In this document: in pieces, positions 17,338 to 26,030 of the stretch
Layout of the letters: every line of letters begins with the position of its first letter
Position numbering within the stretch: the first letter of the stretch is position 1
Assembly: GCA_031256725.1 (NCBI GenBank)
Contig: JAIRQE010000021.1
Location: 180,001-212,000 of the forward strand
Source: Propionibacteriaceae bacterium
Lineage (GTDB): Bacteria; Actinomycetota; Actinomycetes; Propionibacteriales; Propionibacteriaceae
DNA: 32,000 nt
Reading direction: 5' to 3'
Notes under the pieces: generated by a model
Told to the model about the DNA's origin: nothing
The model's input: the letters and a program-made list of their open reading frames with translations, nothing else
Database searches by the model: none
Program-made: the position numbers and the translations under genes

Positions 17338-18843
17338 ATGTCGCGTATCCGTTCCCCCAAGTTCCAAGCCAAGGTTATGAGCGCCGCCGATGCTGCCGGT
17401 TTCATTAAGAATGGCGACAACGTAGGCGTTGCTGGCTTTACCGGAGCTGGCTATCCCAAGGTGTTGCCTGGTGCGATTGCAGATCGGATCAATGATGCTA
17501 AGGCCAAGGGTGAAGAGTTCCGTATCGGGCTGTTCACTGGCGCCTCGACTGCTCCCGAGCTTGACGGAGTACTAGGCGAGACCGGTGGTATTAGCTACCG
17601 TACTCCCTATCAATCAGAGCCCGCCATGCGTAATGCCATTAACGCTGGTATCACTGATTATGTTGACCCCCATCTTTCCCATACGTCTGCTCAGGTACGC
17701 CAGGGCTTTTTGGGCCCTATGGGTGCCGCCATCGTTGAGGTGACCGCGATCACAGAGGACGGCGAATTGATTCCGTCGAGCTCTGTGGGTGCCTCCAATG
17801 TTTATCTTGATTGTGCTGAGCGAGTGATCATTGAGGTCAACTCTTGGCAGTCCGAAGACCTCGAAGGTATGCACGATATCTACTACGGTACTCAGCTGCC
17901 TCCGAACAATGTACCCATCCCGATCCTGAAGCCGGGTGACCGCATCGGTCAGGCTCATTTCCGTGTAGATCCCGACAAGGTGGTCGCAGTGGTTGAGACT
18001 GATGCTCCCGACCGTAATACCCCCTTCAAGCCTCTTGATGAGGATTCGAAGGCCATTGCCGGTTACTTCATCGACTTCTTGAAGAATGAGGTGAAGCAGG
18101 GCCGTATCCCCAAGAGTTTGCTGCCTTTGCAGTCCGGTGTGGGTAACATCGCTAATGCTGTGTTGTCTGGCTTGCTTCACTCCGATCTGGAGAATCTGAC
18201 CTCCTACACCGAGGTTATCCAGGATGGTATGGTCGACCTGATCGACTCGGGCAAGCTCACGGTTGCATCCGCGACAGCCTTCTCGCTGTCACCAGAATAC
18301 GCCGAGAAGATGAATGCGAATGCGGCTCATTACCGCAAGTCAATCGTACTTCGCCCCCAGGAGATCTCGAACAACCCTGAGCCGATTCGTCGCCTCGGTG
18401 TCATCTCCTGCAATGGTTTAATCGAAGCCGACATCTTCGGCAACGTGAACTCCACCCACATCATGGGCTCCAAGATGATGAACGGTATCGGTGGGTCCGG
18501 CGACTTCACCCGCAACGCTTTCATCTCCTGCTTCGTGACCCCATCTGTGGCCAAGGGTGGAGACATCTCCTGCATCGTACCGATGGTTAGCCACCACGAT
18601 CACACCGAACATGATGTGATGGTTGTTGTCACCGAGCAGGGTCTTGCTGATCTGCGTCGTCTCGCCCCCCGCAAGAGGGCCCGTGCAATCATCGAGAACT
18701 GCGCCCATCCGGATTACAAGCCCATGCTGCTCGACTACCTTGAGCGCGCCGAGAGGACCACATCCCTGCACACCCCGCAGGACATGTCTGAGGCTCTCAG
18801 CTGGCATGCACGCTTCCTTCAGACGGGTACGATGAAGGTCTAA
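17338..18843 (+). CDS. Acetyl-CoA hydrolase/transferase family enzyme (succinate/acetate CoA-transferase type)
   Basis: 501 aa. 'GFTGAGYPK', 'LQSGVGNIANAV' and 'MNGIGGSGDFTRNA' are characteristic of the Cat1/AarC/ScpC CoA-transferase family. RBS GAAAGGA lies upstream of the ATG. Confidence 0.85.
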   Translation: MSRIRSPKFQAKVMSAADAAGFIKNGDNVGVAGFTGAGYPKVLPGAIADRINDAKAKGEEFRIGLFTGASTAPELDGVLGETGGISYRTPYQSEPAMRNAINAGITDYVDPHLSHTSAQVRQGFLGPMGAAIVEVTAITEDGELIPSSSVGASNVYLDCAERVIIEVNSWQSEDLEGMHDIYYGTQLPPNNVPIPILKPGDRIGQAHFRVDPDKVVAVVETDAPDRNTPFKPLDEDSKAIAGYFIDFLKNEVKQGRIPKSLLPLQSGVGNIANAVLSGLLHSDLENLTSYTEVIQDGMVDLIDSGKLTVASATAFSLSPEYAEKMNANAAHYRKSIVLRPQEISNNPEPIRRLGVISCNGLIEADIFGNVNSTHIMGSKMMNGIGGSGDFTRNAFISCFVTPSVAKGGDISCIVPMVSHHDHTEHDVMVVVTEQGLADLRRLAPRKRARAIIENCAHPDYKPMLLDYLERAERTTSLHTPQDMSEALSWHARFLQTGTMKV

Positions 18844-19662
18844 ATGACATCTGAGTTCGCACGCGGTACCCACAGCGGGGGATTCCCCCCAACGGCCACC
18901 AGTGAAGAAGTTCACGGTGACCCTGTGGGTACCGCGTCGTCTCTTTTTCTCAAGAAGCAAACAGTCGACGAGGTACCAGTTGAGGTTCTACCTGTTCCTG
19001 AGATGACAGGTGAGGTCGCCAGGGTAGATGAGCTAGCCCCTGGAGGAGATCCCAAGGAACCGGTCACTGAGGTGGCTCCCGTCATCCCACCTCCCGAGAT
19101 TGAAACCCTGCCGCCCCTAGACCCCGATTCCGAGATAGGGTACACGCGGAGCAAGCGTACGGGCGAGCCTAAGCACCCCGGTATTGTGGCTGTTGCATCG
19201 GCCTTGTGCTGGGCTTCCATCCCGGTCACCATCGTCGCTTATGCCCGCTGGTGGTGGCAGGCAGCAACCGTTGACGGACTTCATGAGAGCGCCCAGCTGT
19301 TGTCTTGGGTTCAGCCTGACCCAGTTTCTGCACCAGCGATCATCCTGGTGGTACTCATCTCCCTGATTGCAGTACTCATGGTGGCTGCTGGAGGTACCGC
19401 TGGCTATAACATCTGGACTGGTCAACCCTGGATCCGTGTCGGTGTACTTGTGTGCTTGGCCGTGACGGGCTTGTCCTTCCTTCTCAATTGGTGGTTCACT
19501 GCTGCGATGATCCCGCTAGCATTGGGGGCCTTATTATTGTGGTTCCCCCAAGTCAGGGGTTTCCTCACCGATATGAAAACCCACCAATCCATTCCCCTAG
19601 TGGAGACCCCAACTGAGTCTGTACGCTATGGCCCGCAGCCGTTGATTGGTGAACGAGGCTAA
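18844..19662 (+). CDS. Hypothetical membrane protein with Pro/Glu/Val-rich N-terminal region
   Basis: The ATG directly abuts the upstream TAA (TAAATG). The N-terminal ~110 aa are low complexity, followed by about four TM helices ('GIVAVASALCWASIPVTIVAY', 'AIILVVLISLIAVLMVAAGG', and others). No family recognised. Confidence 0.55.
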   Translation: MTSEFARGTHSGGFPPTATSEEVHGDPVGTASSLFLKKQTVDEVPVEVLPVPEMTGEVARVDELAPGGDPKEPVTEVAPVIPPPEIETLPPLDPDSEIGYTRSKRTGEPKHPGIVAVASALCWASIPVTIVAYARWWWQAATVDGLHESAQLLSWVQPDPVSAPAIILVVLISLIAVLMVAAGGTAGYNIWTGQPWIRVGVLVCLAVTGLSFLLNWWFTAAMIPLALGALLLWFPQVRGFLTDMKTHQSIPLVETPTESVRYGPQPLIGERG

Positions 19663-19720
19663 GCGGACCACGGAATATTCACTGGCAAGAATCCGTTGTA
19701 GTGGTATTAGGAGTACCACT

Positions 19721-20800
19721 ATGCAATTCGGAGTCTTTTCTGTTGCGGATGTTACTCGTGACCCGGTGACCGGGATCACTCCCTCGCCTACTCAAAGGAT
19801 CGAGGAGTTGATTCTCATTGCCCGGATCGCTGAGGAGGTCGGTCTGGATGTTTTTGCTGTTTCTGAACATCATGATCCCCATTTCATCTGCTCATCTCCA
19901 ACAATATTTCTTGCCGCAGTAGCGGCTCAGACTTCACGGATCATCCTGTCGACCGCAGTCACCCTCATCACCGCAAATGACCCCGTACGCATCGCTGAAG
20001 AGTACGCCCTCCTCCAACATATCTGTCATGGCCGTTCCGACCTGATGGTGAGTCCAGGAAATACTCTGCCTGTACATTCGTGGAAGTCCTATGAGGCCCG
20101 CACATCAATGGACATGGTTATCGAGAACTATTATCTTCTCACCCGTCTGTGGCGTGAGGAGGGGATCGAGTGGGATGGGAGCTTCCACACCCCACTGATT
20201 GACTTCACATCGACTCCGCGCCCCTACAACAAGGCCCCATTCGTCTGGCATAATGCAACCCGCTTCCCAGGGATCGCTGACCAGGCTGCCTTCTATGGGG
20301 ATGGATTCTTCGTCAACAACCTTGGTACCCCTCCTTATGAGGAAGCGCAACTGGTGGCACACTATCGGAATTCTTTCGAGAGGTACGGTCATGGTCGAGC
20401 CGATCAAGCCATCGTCGGTTTGGGTGGACAGGTCTTTATCGCACAGAACTCCCAGGACGCCTACACATCCTTTCGCCCCTATTTTGAGGGGTCCGTCCTC
20501 TACGGGATGACCCTGGACGAGGCTGTGGCCCGTACCTCTTTGGCTGTGGGGTCTGTACAGCAGGTGGTCGAGAAACTCCTGACCACTCGGGAACTCTATG
20601 GTGATTATCAGCGCCAACTCTTCTGGATCGACCCGGGAGGTCTACCATTGTGGACGGTACTCGAACAGCTAGAGCTTCTAGGATCAGCAGTGGTACCCAT
20701 CTTGAAAAGCGAATTCGATAGGTACCGCCCCCGGGTTCTCCCTCCAATCCTCCTGCTTATGGGCGGTAACCCTGGGAGCTATCACAACTTCGGAGTATAA
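19721..20800 (+). CDS. LLM-class (luciferase-like) flavin-dependent oxidoreductase
   Basis: 'MQFGVFSVADVTRDP...RIEELILIARIAEEVGLDVFAVSEHH' is the typical LLM N-terminus. The ATG at 19721 has AGGAG upstream. The last ~7 codons and the stop lie inside repeat copy A. Confidence 0.8.
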   Translation: MQFGVFSVADVTRDPVTGITPSPTQRIEELILIARIAEEVGLDVFAVSEHHDPHFICSSPTIFLAAVAAQTSRIILSTAVTLITANDPVRIAEEYALLQHICHGRSDLMVSPGNTLPVHSWKSYEARTSMDMVIENYYLLTRLWREEGIEWDGSFHTPLIDFTSTPRPYNKAPFVWHNATRFPGIADQAAFYGDGFFVNNLGTPPYEEAQLVAHYRNSFERYGHGRADQAIVGLGGQVFIAQNSQDAYTSFRPYFEGSVLYGMTLDEAVARTSLAVGSVQQVVEKLLTTRELYGDYQRQLFWIDPGGLPLWTVLEQLELLGSAVVPILKSEFDRYRPRVLPPILLLMGGNPGSYHNFGV

Positions 20801-20934
20801 GTACTGGTACTAATCCGTCACGCATATTGGGGAATGTGAACTTGTACCCAAATCCGGCGTCAAAATCTTGACACAACTCCACAATCGGGAACCAGAGGTA
20901 CTGCATCACGTCAGAGTTGCGAAGTTTGGGAGGT
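20781..20934 (+). repeat. Dispersed/MITE-like repeat, copy A (~154 bp)
   Basis: Reverse-complement match to 22385-22548. The core 20823-20910 is 88/88 identical to the reverse complement of 22399-22486, and the flanks are similar with a few mismatches and a ~24-bp indel. Confidence 0.9.
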
Positions 20935-20985
20935 GGTCTTGCTTCTGGGTCCCTCTGCGTAGATTGGAATAAGAGGACTTGTAGA

Positions 20986-22317
20986 TCACCCAGCTGTGCT
21001 ACGTAGGAGGTGCTCTTGGAAGACCTGTCCACGATGGAGGGAGTCGAGGTCGACCCATTCATCAGGGCCGTGGATCGTGGGGCGTTGCTCACTGCTCAGT
21101 TTGAGGGGCGAGAAGCGGTACACAGCATCAGCAAAGTCAGCGAAATGTCGGGAATCCGTGGCTGCGCTCATCACATAGGGTGCGGTGACGACCCCAGGAT
21201 AGCTGGCATCCACGGCGGCACGGATGGCAGCGAATTGGGGGTTGTCGATGGGGGATTCCGCGCAGGGATTCGAGCTATCGATGATGGTGATCGTGACTCC
21301 AGGATCAGCAATACGCCGTTTGATTAGGGATAATGTCGAATCCACGGTTCGACCCACTGCGATGCGTACATTCAGGATGGCGGACGCATTTGTGGGCAAG
21401 TGGTCCGAGGTCGTACCTGCTTCAATCTGGGTGGGGGCGACTGTTGTGGCCGCCAGTGAGGCTGCGTGTCCACCGAGGCGGGCGAAGAATTGTGCCGCAG
21501 TGAAGGGTACCCGTGCGAGCATGGAATACAGGGGCCTGGCACTACCACTCGCGTGAGGGGCCAAGGCGGCGATCATGGCTGGTACTGCGGAAGGCAGCCG
21601 TGCAGGGAAGGTACGCGAGGTAACCCGGGCCACGGCTCCACCGATCCGGGCAATAGGGGTACGACGCGAAGGCGCAAAGATCTGACCCGGATGACCCTCG
21701 CAGGTCAGCTTGATGGTCATCACACCCTTCTCGCCAACACCCACCATCGCAGCCTGAGCATTCACCTTGGGCAGGGGTGCATCCACCACGGCTCCACCCT
21801 CATCAAGAACCAGATAGGGTCGGATTCCGCGATCCCGTAGGGTCTCAGCCATCGTCGCAGCGGCATCCCCACGAGTCTCCTCATTGCCACCAAAGCATAG
21901 GTATATATCCCTCTCAGGTGTGAAACCTCGTGTAAGAAGGGACTCCACAGCTTCACAAATCGCGACCAGGCAACCCTTGTCATCAAAGGCACCACGGCCC
22001 CACACCCGATCATCAGCGATCATCCCCGAGAAGGGAGGATGGGTCCATGCGTCGGGGTTCACAACGGGGGCCACATCAAAGTGGGCCATGAGTACCACAG
22101 GGGTCTTAGCTAGCGCTGGGTTCTCCCCCTTCCAGTGGTACAGCAACCCCACATCGGTCACCCTCTCACACTCCAAATGGGTGTGCATCAAGGGATAAAG
22201 CAGACGCAGGGTTTCAATGAAACGCTCAAAGGGTCCAATACCAGTGGACCCCATTAATGCAGATACTGTCGGGATCTGGACGAGTTGGGACAGTCGCTCG
22301 GCCGAGTTTCTAGGCAT
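20986..22317 (-). CDS. M20-family metallopeptidase (carboxypeptidase/dipeptidase-like)
   Basis: 443 aa. 'VVLMAHFDVAPV...WTHPPFSG...DDRVWGRGAFDDKG' and 'GGNEE' are M20 metal-ligand and catalytic motifs. Confidence 0.85.
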   Translation of the reverse strand: MPRNSAERLSQLVQIPTVSALMGSTGIGPFERFIETLRLLYPLMHTHLECERVTDVGLLYHWKGENPALAKTPVVLMAHFDVAPVVNPDAWTHPPFSGMIADDRVWGRGAFDDKGCLVAICEAVESLLTRGFTPERDIYLCFGGNEETRGDAAATMAETLRDRGIRPYLVLDEGGAVVDAPLPKVNAQAAMVGVGEKGVMTIKLTCEGHPGQIFAPSRRTPIARIGGAVARVTSRTFPARLPSAVPAMIAALAPHASGSARPLYSMLARVPFTAAQFFARLGGHAASLAATTVAPTQIEAGTTSDHLPTNASAILNVRIAVGRTVDSTLSLIKRRIADPGVTITIIDSSNPCAESPIDNPQFAAIRAAVDASYPGVVTAPYVMSAATDSRHFADFADAVYRFSPLKLSSEQRPTIHGPDEWVDLDSLHRGQVFQEHLLRSTAG

Positions 22318-22384
22318 GGGGTTAGATTACACCCGCAACAAGGGTGCGTGGAGAATGGGTCGTTTTCGGTACCTCATGACATTG

Positions 22385-22548
22385 CTTCGCAACTTTGGCG
22401 TGATGCAGTACCTCTGGTTCCCGATTGTGGAGTTGTGTCAAGATTTTGACGCCGGATTTGGGTACAAGTTCACATTCCCCAATATGAGCGACGGATTAGT
22501 AGAAGTATTGCGAAGTTATGACAACCAGTACTACTGCGAAGTTGTGAT
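22385..22548 (-). repeat. Dispersed/MITE-like repeat, copy B (~164 bp), inverted relative to copy A
   Basis: See copy A. It contains short internal inverted motifs CTTCGCAA (22385-22392) and TTGCGAAG (22518-22525), and a second GCGAAGTT at 22536-22543. Confidence 0.9.
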
Positions 22549-22714
22549 GGAGAAAAGATGCAGGGCGATGTACAAGTCATACCATGGTAGGAGGCACCCC
22601 CTGAATTCTGGGGATCAGGGGGTGGGTGGTACCCACCATGGAAATCCTGAGTTCTCCCTGAAGGGTACTGTTTTCCCTTGAGGAATGGTGTTTTTCCGTC
22701 CTAGGGTCGTAAAC

Positions 22715-23482
22715 ATGACAAACACACAATCGATAAACCAAACTATTGGACAAGGTGCTGACGTGATCTCGGCGGCACATCTGGTCAAGATCTACGGGGA
22801 GGGTGATACCCAGGTACGAGCGTTGGATCGAGTCAATGCCGGATTCAAAAAGGGTACCTTCACCGCAATCATGGGGCCATCGGGTTCAGGGAAGTCGACC
22901 CTCATGCATTGCCTCGCGGGACTTGACCGGGCAACATCCGGGCAGATCCTCCTAGGTGGTTCACACTTGGAGGGAATGGATGACAATGCGCTCACCACCC
23001 TTCGACGTGATCATGTGGGGTTTATCTTTCAATCCTTCAACCTTCTCCCAACCCACACTGCGAAGGAGAATATCCTGTTGCCGCTCGAATTGGCTGGCCG
23101 TAAGGTTGACAAGGTTTTCATGGCGAGCCTCGTCAAATCGCTTGGACTGACTGGGCGTTTGGGGCATCGTCCCTCCCAGTTGTCTGGGGGCGAACAGCAA
23201 AGGGTTGCAGTGGTACGCGCACTCGTTGGTCGTCCAGCGGTTGTTTTCGCGGATGAACCCACGGGAGCCCTCGACACCCGCAACTCTCATCACCTGTTGT
23301 CCTATCTTCGATCAGCTAGTCGTACCGAGGGTCAAACCATCATCATGGTCACCCACGACACCAAGGCTGCCTCCTATGTTGATCGCGCGCTGATCCTCTC
23401 CGATGGACAGATCCGTGAGGATATCCCTTCGCCTACAGAGGATTCGGTCATCACTGCAATGCGTTTTGCTGGAGGTGAGTAA
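22715..23482 (+). CDS. ABC transporter ATP-binding protein (MacB/BceA-like)
   Basis: Walker A 'GPSGSGKST', signature 'LSGGEQQRVAVVRAL', Walker B 'VVFADEPTGALD', H-loop 'MVTHD'. The start is either ATG 22715 or ATG 22685, and neither has a strong RBS. Confidence 0.9.
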   Translation: MTNTQSINQTIGQGADVISAAHLVKIYGEGDTQVRALDRVNAGFKKGTFTAIMGPSGSGKSTLMHCLAGLDRATSGQILLGGSHLEGMDDNALTTLRRDHVGFIFQSFNLLPTHTAKENILLPLELAGRKVDKVFMASLVKSLGLTGRLGHRPSQLSGGEQQRVAVVRALVGRPAVVFADEPTGALDTRNSHHLLSYLRSASRTEGQTIIMVTHDTKAASYVDRALILSDGQIREDIPSPTEDSVITAMRFAGGE

Positions 23483-23484
23483 TC

Positions 23485-25413
23485 GTGTCCAGACTGCCCA
23501 TGCTGAGAGTGGCGCTCAAAGAGATGAGGTACCACCCGGCTCGCTATCTCGCCACAGTGATCTCTATTGCGATCTCTGTGGGTTTCCTGGCGGCTGCATC
23601 AATCATTTCTGCAACCGAATCCCAAGCGAAGACCTTCCAAGCAGTCGATGTTGGCGGGATGGATGCCTCGTCAGTTATTCTGTGGGTCTTCGCTGGGATT
23701 GCAATGGTGACGGGGTTGATCACCATCTCGAACACTTTCACGATCCTATTAGAGCAACGTCGACGTCAGATCGGACTCCTACGCTCGATTGGTACCTCAA
23801 CCACCCAGATTCGTAGATCTATCTGGTTGGAGGCCGGATTCCTTGGGTTCGTTGGTAGCCTGCTCGGCATCGGTTTAGCCTTTGGGTTGTCAGCCATCTT
23901 GGCGATCTACACAGGAGCTATCAAGCATGGACTAGCTGTGCCCTATGCTGCCATCAACATCGCCTTCGCCTTGGGAGTGGTCATCACGATGGTTGCTGCC
24001 ATTGCTCCCTCCCACCGGGCCACACGGGTACCTCCCCTGGAAGCCTTACGTCCAACCTCGACTGTACTCAAGATCACACAGGGTTCTATTGCACGGGCAG
24101 CGATATGTACCCTTCTTGTGGTTGTGGGGATGGCGGGAGCACTGTACTCCCTGACGTTAACAAAGAATGCCTTGTCGGTTGCAATTCTGTCTGCCATGGC
24201 TATTGCTTTGGGAGTACTGTTTGGGGCGAGATTCTATGTACCCTCCATGCTGAAGGCTGCCGGGTGGCTTGTTCACCGTATTGGGCCGACCACCTCAACG
24301 GCGGCCAAAAACCTCATGCGCAACCCTGCGCGTACTGCTGCAACATCGACGGCACTCATGTTGGCTGTGGGGCTGATCATCACCCTTCAGGTGGGCACAG
24401 CATCGATGGGTGCCACAGTCGCTGGGGTCTTGGATTCCGAATACCCAGTGGAGCTCTTTGTGGAGGCCCACATAGACCCCGAGGGAGCTATGAGTCTGTC
24501 GAAGAATACGGTGTCGCGTCTGAGTCAGGTGTCCGGAATTGCTTCCGCGGAACCGATCGAATGCCGTTCTATTGAAGAGCTCACAGATAGGCAGTATCCA
24601 AGACTTAATCGGGTGTGTGAGTACACCCCTCAACTGGCTCAGCTCTCGCCAGGGTTGCCCGACTCTATCGGTGATCAGGAGATTCTGGTCAACGAGTACG
24701 CACGCTCATCGATTACTGAATCAGCGATCACTTTGGCTGCCAAAACTGGGTTGGTACTTGTGGAGCCTCAGGCCTCCAAGGCAGCCATGGGTAATTATGC
24801 CTTCGTTTCCCCAGCAACCTATGTTGCCTTGGCTGGTGAATCCAATAGGGCTTCCTTGGTTTTCATGAGCCTTGCAGATTCGAAGAATCTTGCCACAGTA
24901 GCCAAAGAACTCGCCGAGATCCTGAAGCAGAACAATACCCCTGGGGATCTTGCGGGGGCGGCCTACCAGAAGTCGGTATTGAACACAGCAACGAATGTCA
25001 TCCTCGGTGTTGTGACCGTACTGATGGGGGTTGCGATCGTCATTGCGCTCATTGGGGTTGGGAACACGCTGATGCTGTCGGTGCTTGAACGTACCCGTGA
25101 CAATGCGACCCTTCGAGCCTTGGGATTCAAACGTGGACAGCTTAGGGTAATGCTCTTCATCGAGTCCATGATGTTGTCCCTTGTCGCAGTCATTATTGGG
25201 GCTGGATTCGGAGTTTTCTTCGGGTATTTAGGCACTCGGGCAATCTCCAGTATGTTCACCTTTGGTGTTCAGCTTCCAGTACATATCGCCCTCAACTGGG
25301 ATTACACCCTCGCACTAATTGGGGCGATAGTGGTGGCTGCTGGGTTGGCTTCCGTCCTGCCGGGCAGATGCGCGGCAAAAGCCAGTCCGGTCGCCTCCCT
25401 CGCCGAGGCCTAA
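23485..25413 (+). CDS. FtsX-family ABC permease with BceB-like architecture (10 TM, large extracytoplasmic domain between TM7 and TM8)
   Basis: 642 aa, with a GTG start 3 nt after the ATPase stop and GGAGGTGAG upstream. It has two FtsX-type modules ('LEQRRRQIGLLRSIGTSTTQI', 'LERTRDNATLRALGFKRGQL'). By hand-assigned hydrophobic segments, a ~190-aa hydrophilic block lies between TM7 and TM8. Confidence 0.85.
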   Translation: MSRLPMLRVALKEMRYHPARYLATVISIAISVGFLAAASIISATESQAKTFQAVDVGGMDASSVILWVFAGIAMVTGLITISNTFTILLEQRRRQIGLLRSIGTSTTQIRRSIWLEAGFLGFVGSLLGIGLAFGLSAILAIYTGAIKHGLAVPYAAINIAFALGVVITMVAAIAPSHRATRVPPLEALRPTSTVLKITQGSIARAAICTLLVVVGMAGALYSLTLTKNALSVAILSAMAIALGVLFGARFYVPSMLKAAGWLVHRIGPTTSTAAKNLMRNPARTAATSTALMLAVGLIITLQVGTASMGATVAGVLDSEYPVELFVEAHIDPEGAMSLSKNTVSRLSQVSGIASAEPIECRSIEELTDRQYPRLNRVCEYTPQLAQLSPGLPDSIGDQEILVNEYARSSITESAITLAAKTGLVLVEPQASKAAMGNYAFVSPATYVALAGESNRASLVFMSLADSKNLATVAKELAEILKQNNTPGDLAGAAYQKSVLNTATNVILGVVTVLMGVAIVIALIGVGNTLMLSVLERTRDNATLRALGFKRGQLRVMLFIESMMLSLVAVIIGAGFGVFFGYLGTRAISSMFTFGVQLPVHIALNWDYTLALIGAIVVAAGLASVLPGRCAAKASPVASLAEA

Positions 25414-25511
25414 ACAGACCTCGGCGTAGGCTTTGTTACCTTGTGCCTTCCTCGGAAGAGTTGCTTGTGACAGGATGATCACAGGTACCCTTCCAGGGAA
25501 GGCACGAGGTT

Positions 25512-26030
25512 ATGGGAACACAAATCGCGGTCAACACGGCGGTGAGTGCCCTTGAAACGGCACTTGTTATGGAAAACCATCAGAAGATGGTGTACGCCAT
25601 AGCGGTCACGCATACACGCAATCGTGTGGATGCCGAAGATGTGTTCCAGGAGGTTTTCCTCACCTATCACCGCAAACAACCGGTGTGTGAAAATGAGGAG
25701 CATCGCAAAGCATGGCTCATCAGAACAACCCTCAACATTGCTCGCCGATATACGAGTTCTTCATGGAGTACCCGCGTGGTACCTGTGGAAACAGTTGAGT
25801 GTGGTCAGACCTACCGTTTCGATAATGATGAGTACGACGAACTCTTCCAAGCCTTGAGTGCTCTTCCTGAGAATTACCGTACGGTCATCTATCTGTTCTA
25901 TTTCGAGGATCTGTCTATCGCGCAGATCTCGGATGTCCTAGAGATCGAACCTGGGGCAATCAAGATGAGGCTCTCCCGTGGACGAACCATGCTACGGGAA
26001 GCCATGGTTAAGGAGGATGCACATGTCTGA
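25512..26030 (+). CDS. ECF-type RNA polymerase sigma-70 family factor
   Basis: 172 aa. Region 2 is 'AEDVFQEVFLTYHRK...HRKAWLIRTTLNIARRY' and region 4 is 'LPENYRTVIYLFYFEDLSIAQISDVLEIEPGAIKMRLSRGRTMLRE'. Confidence 0.85.
   Translation: MGTQIAVNTAVSALETALVMENHQKMVYAIAVTHTRNRVDAEDVFQEVFLTYHRKQPVCENEEHRKAWLIRTTLNIARRYTSSSWSTRVVPVETVECGQTYRFDNDEYDELFQALSALPENYRTVIYLFYFEDLSIAQISDVLEIEPGAIKMRLSRGRTMLREAMVKEDAHV

Noticed and set aside
20757-21092. ORFs 20757-21092 (-) and 22217-22681 (+) sharing the peptide 'VMQYLWFPIVELCQDFDAGFGYKFTFPNM'
   Set aside because: The shared peptide is only the translation of the inverted DNA repeat. Both ORFs overlap the M20 peptidase gene and have no start context, so I treat them as non-coding repeat.
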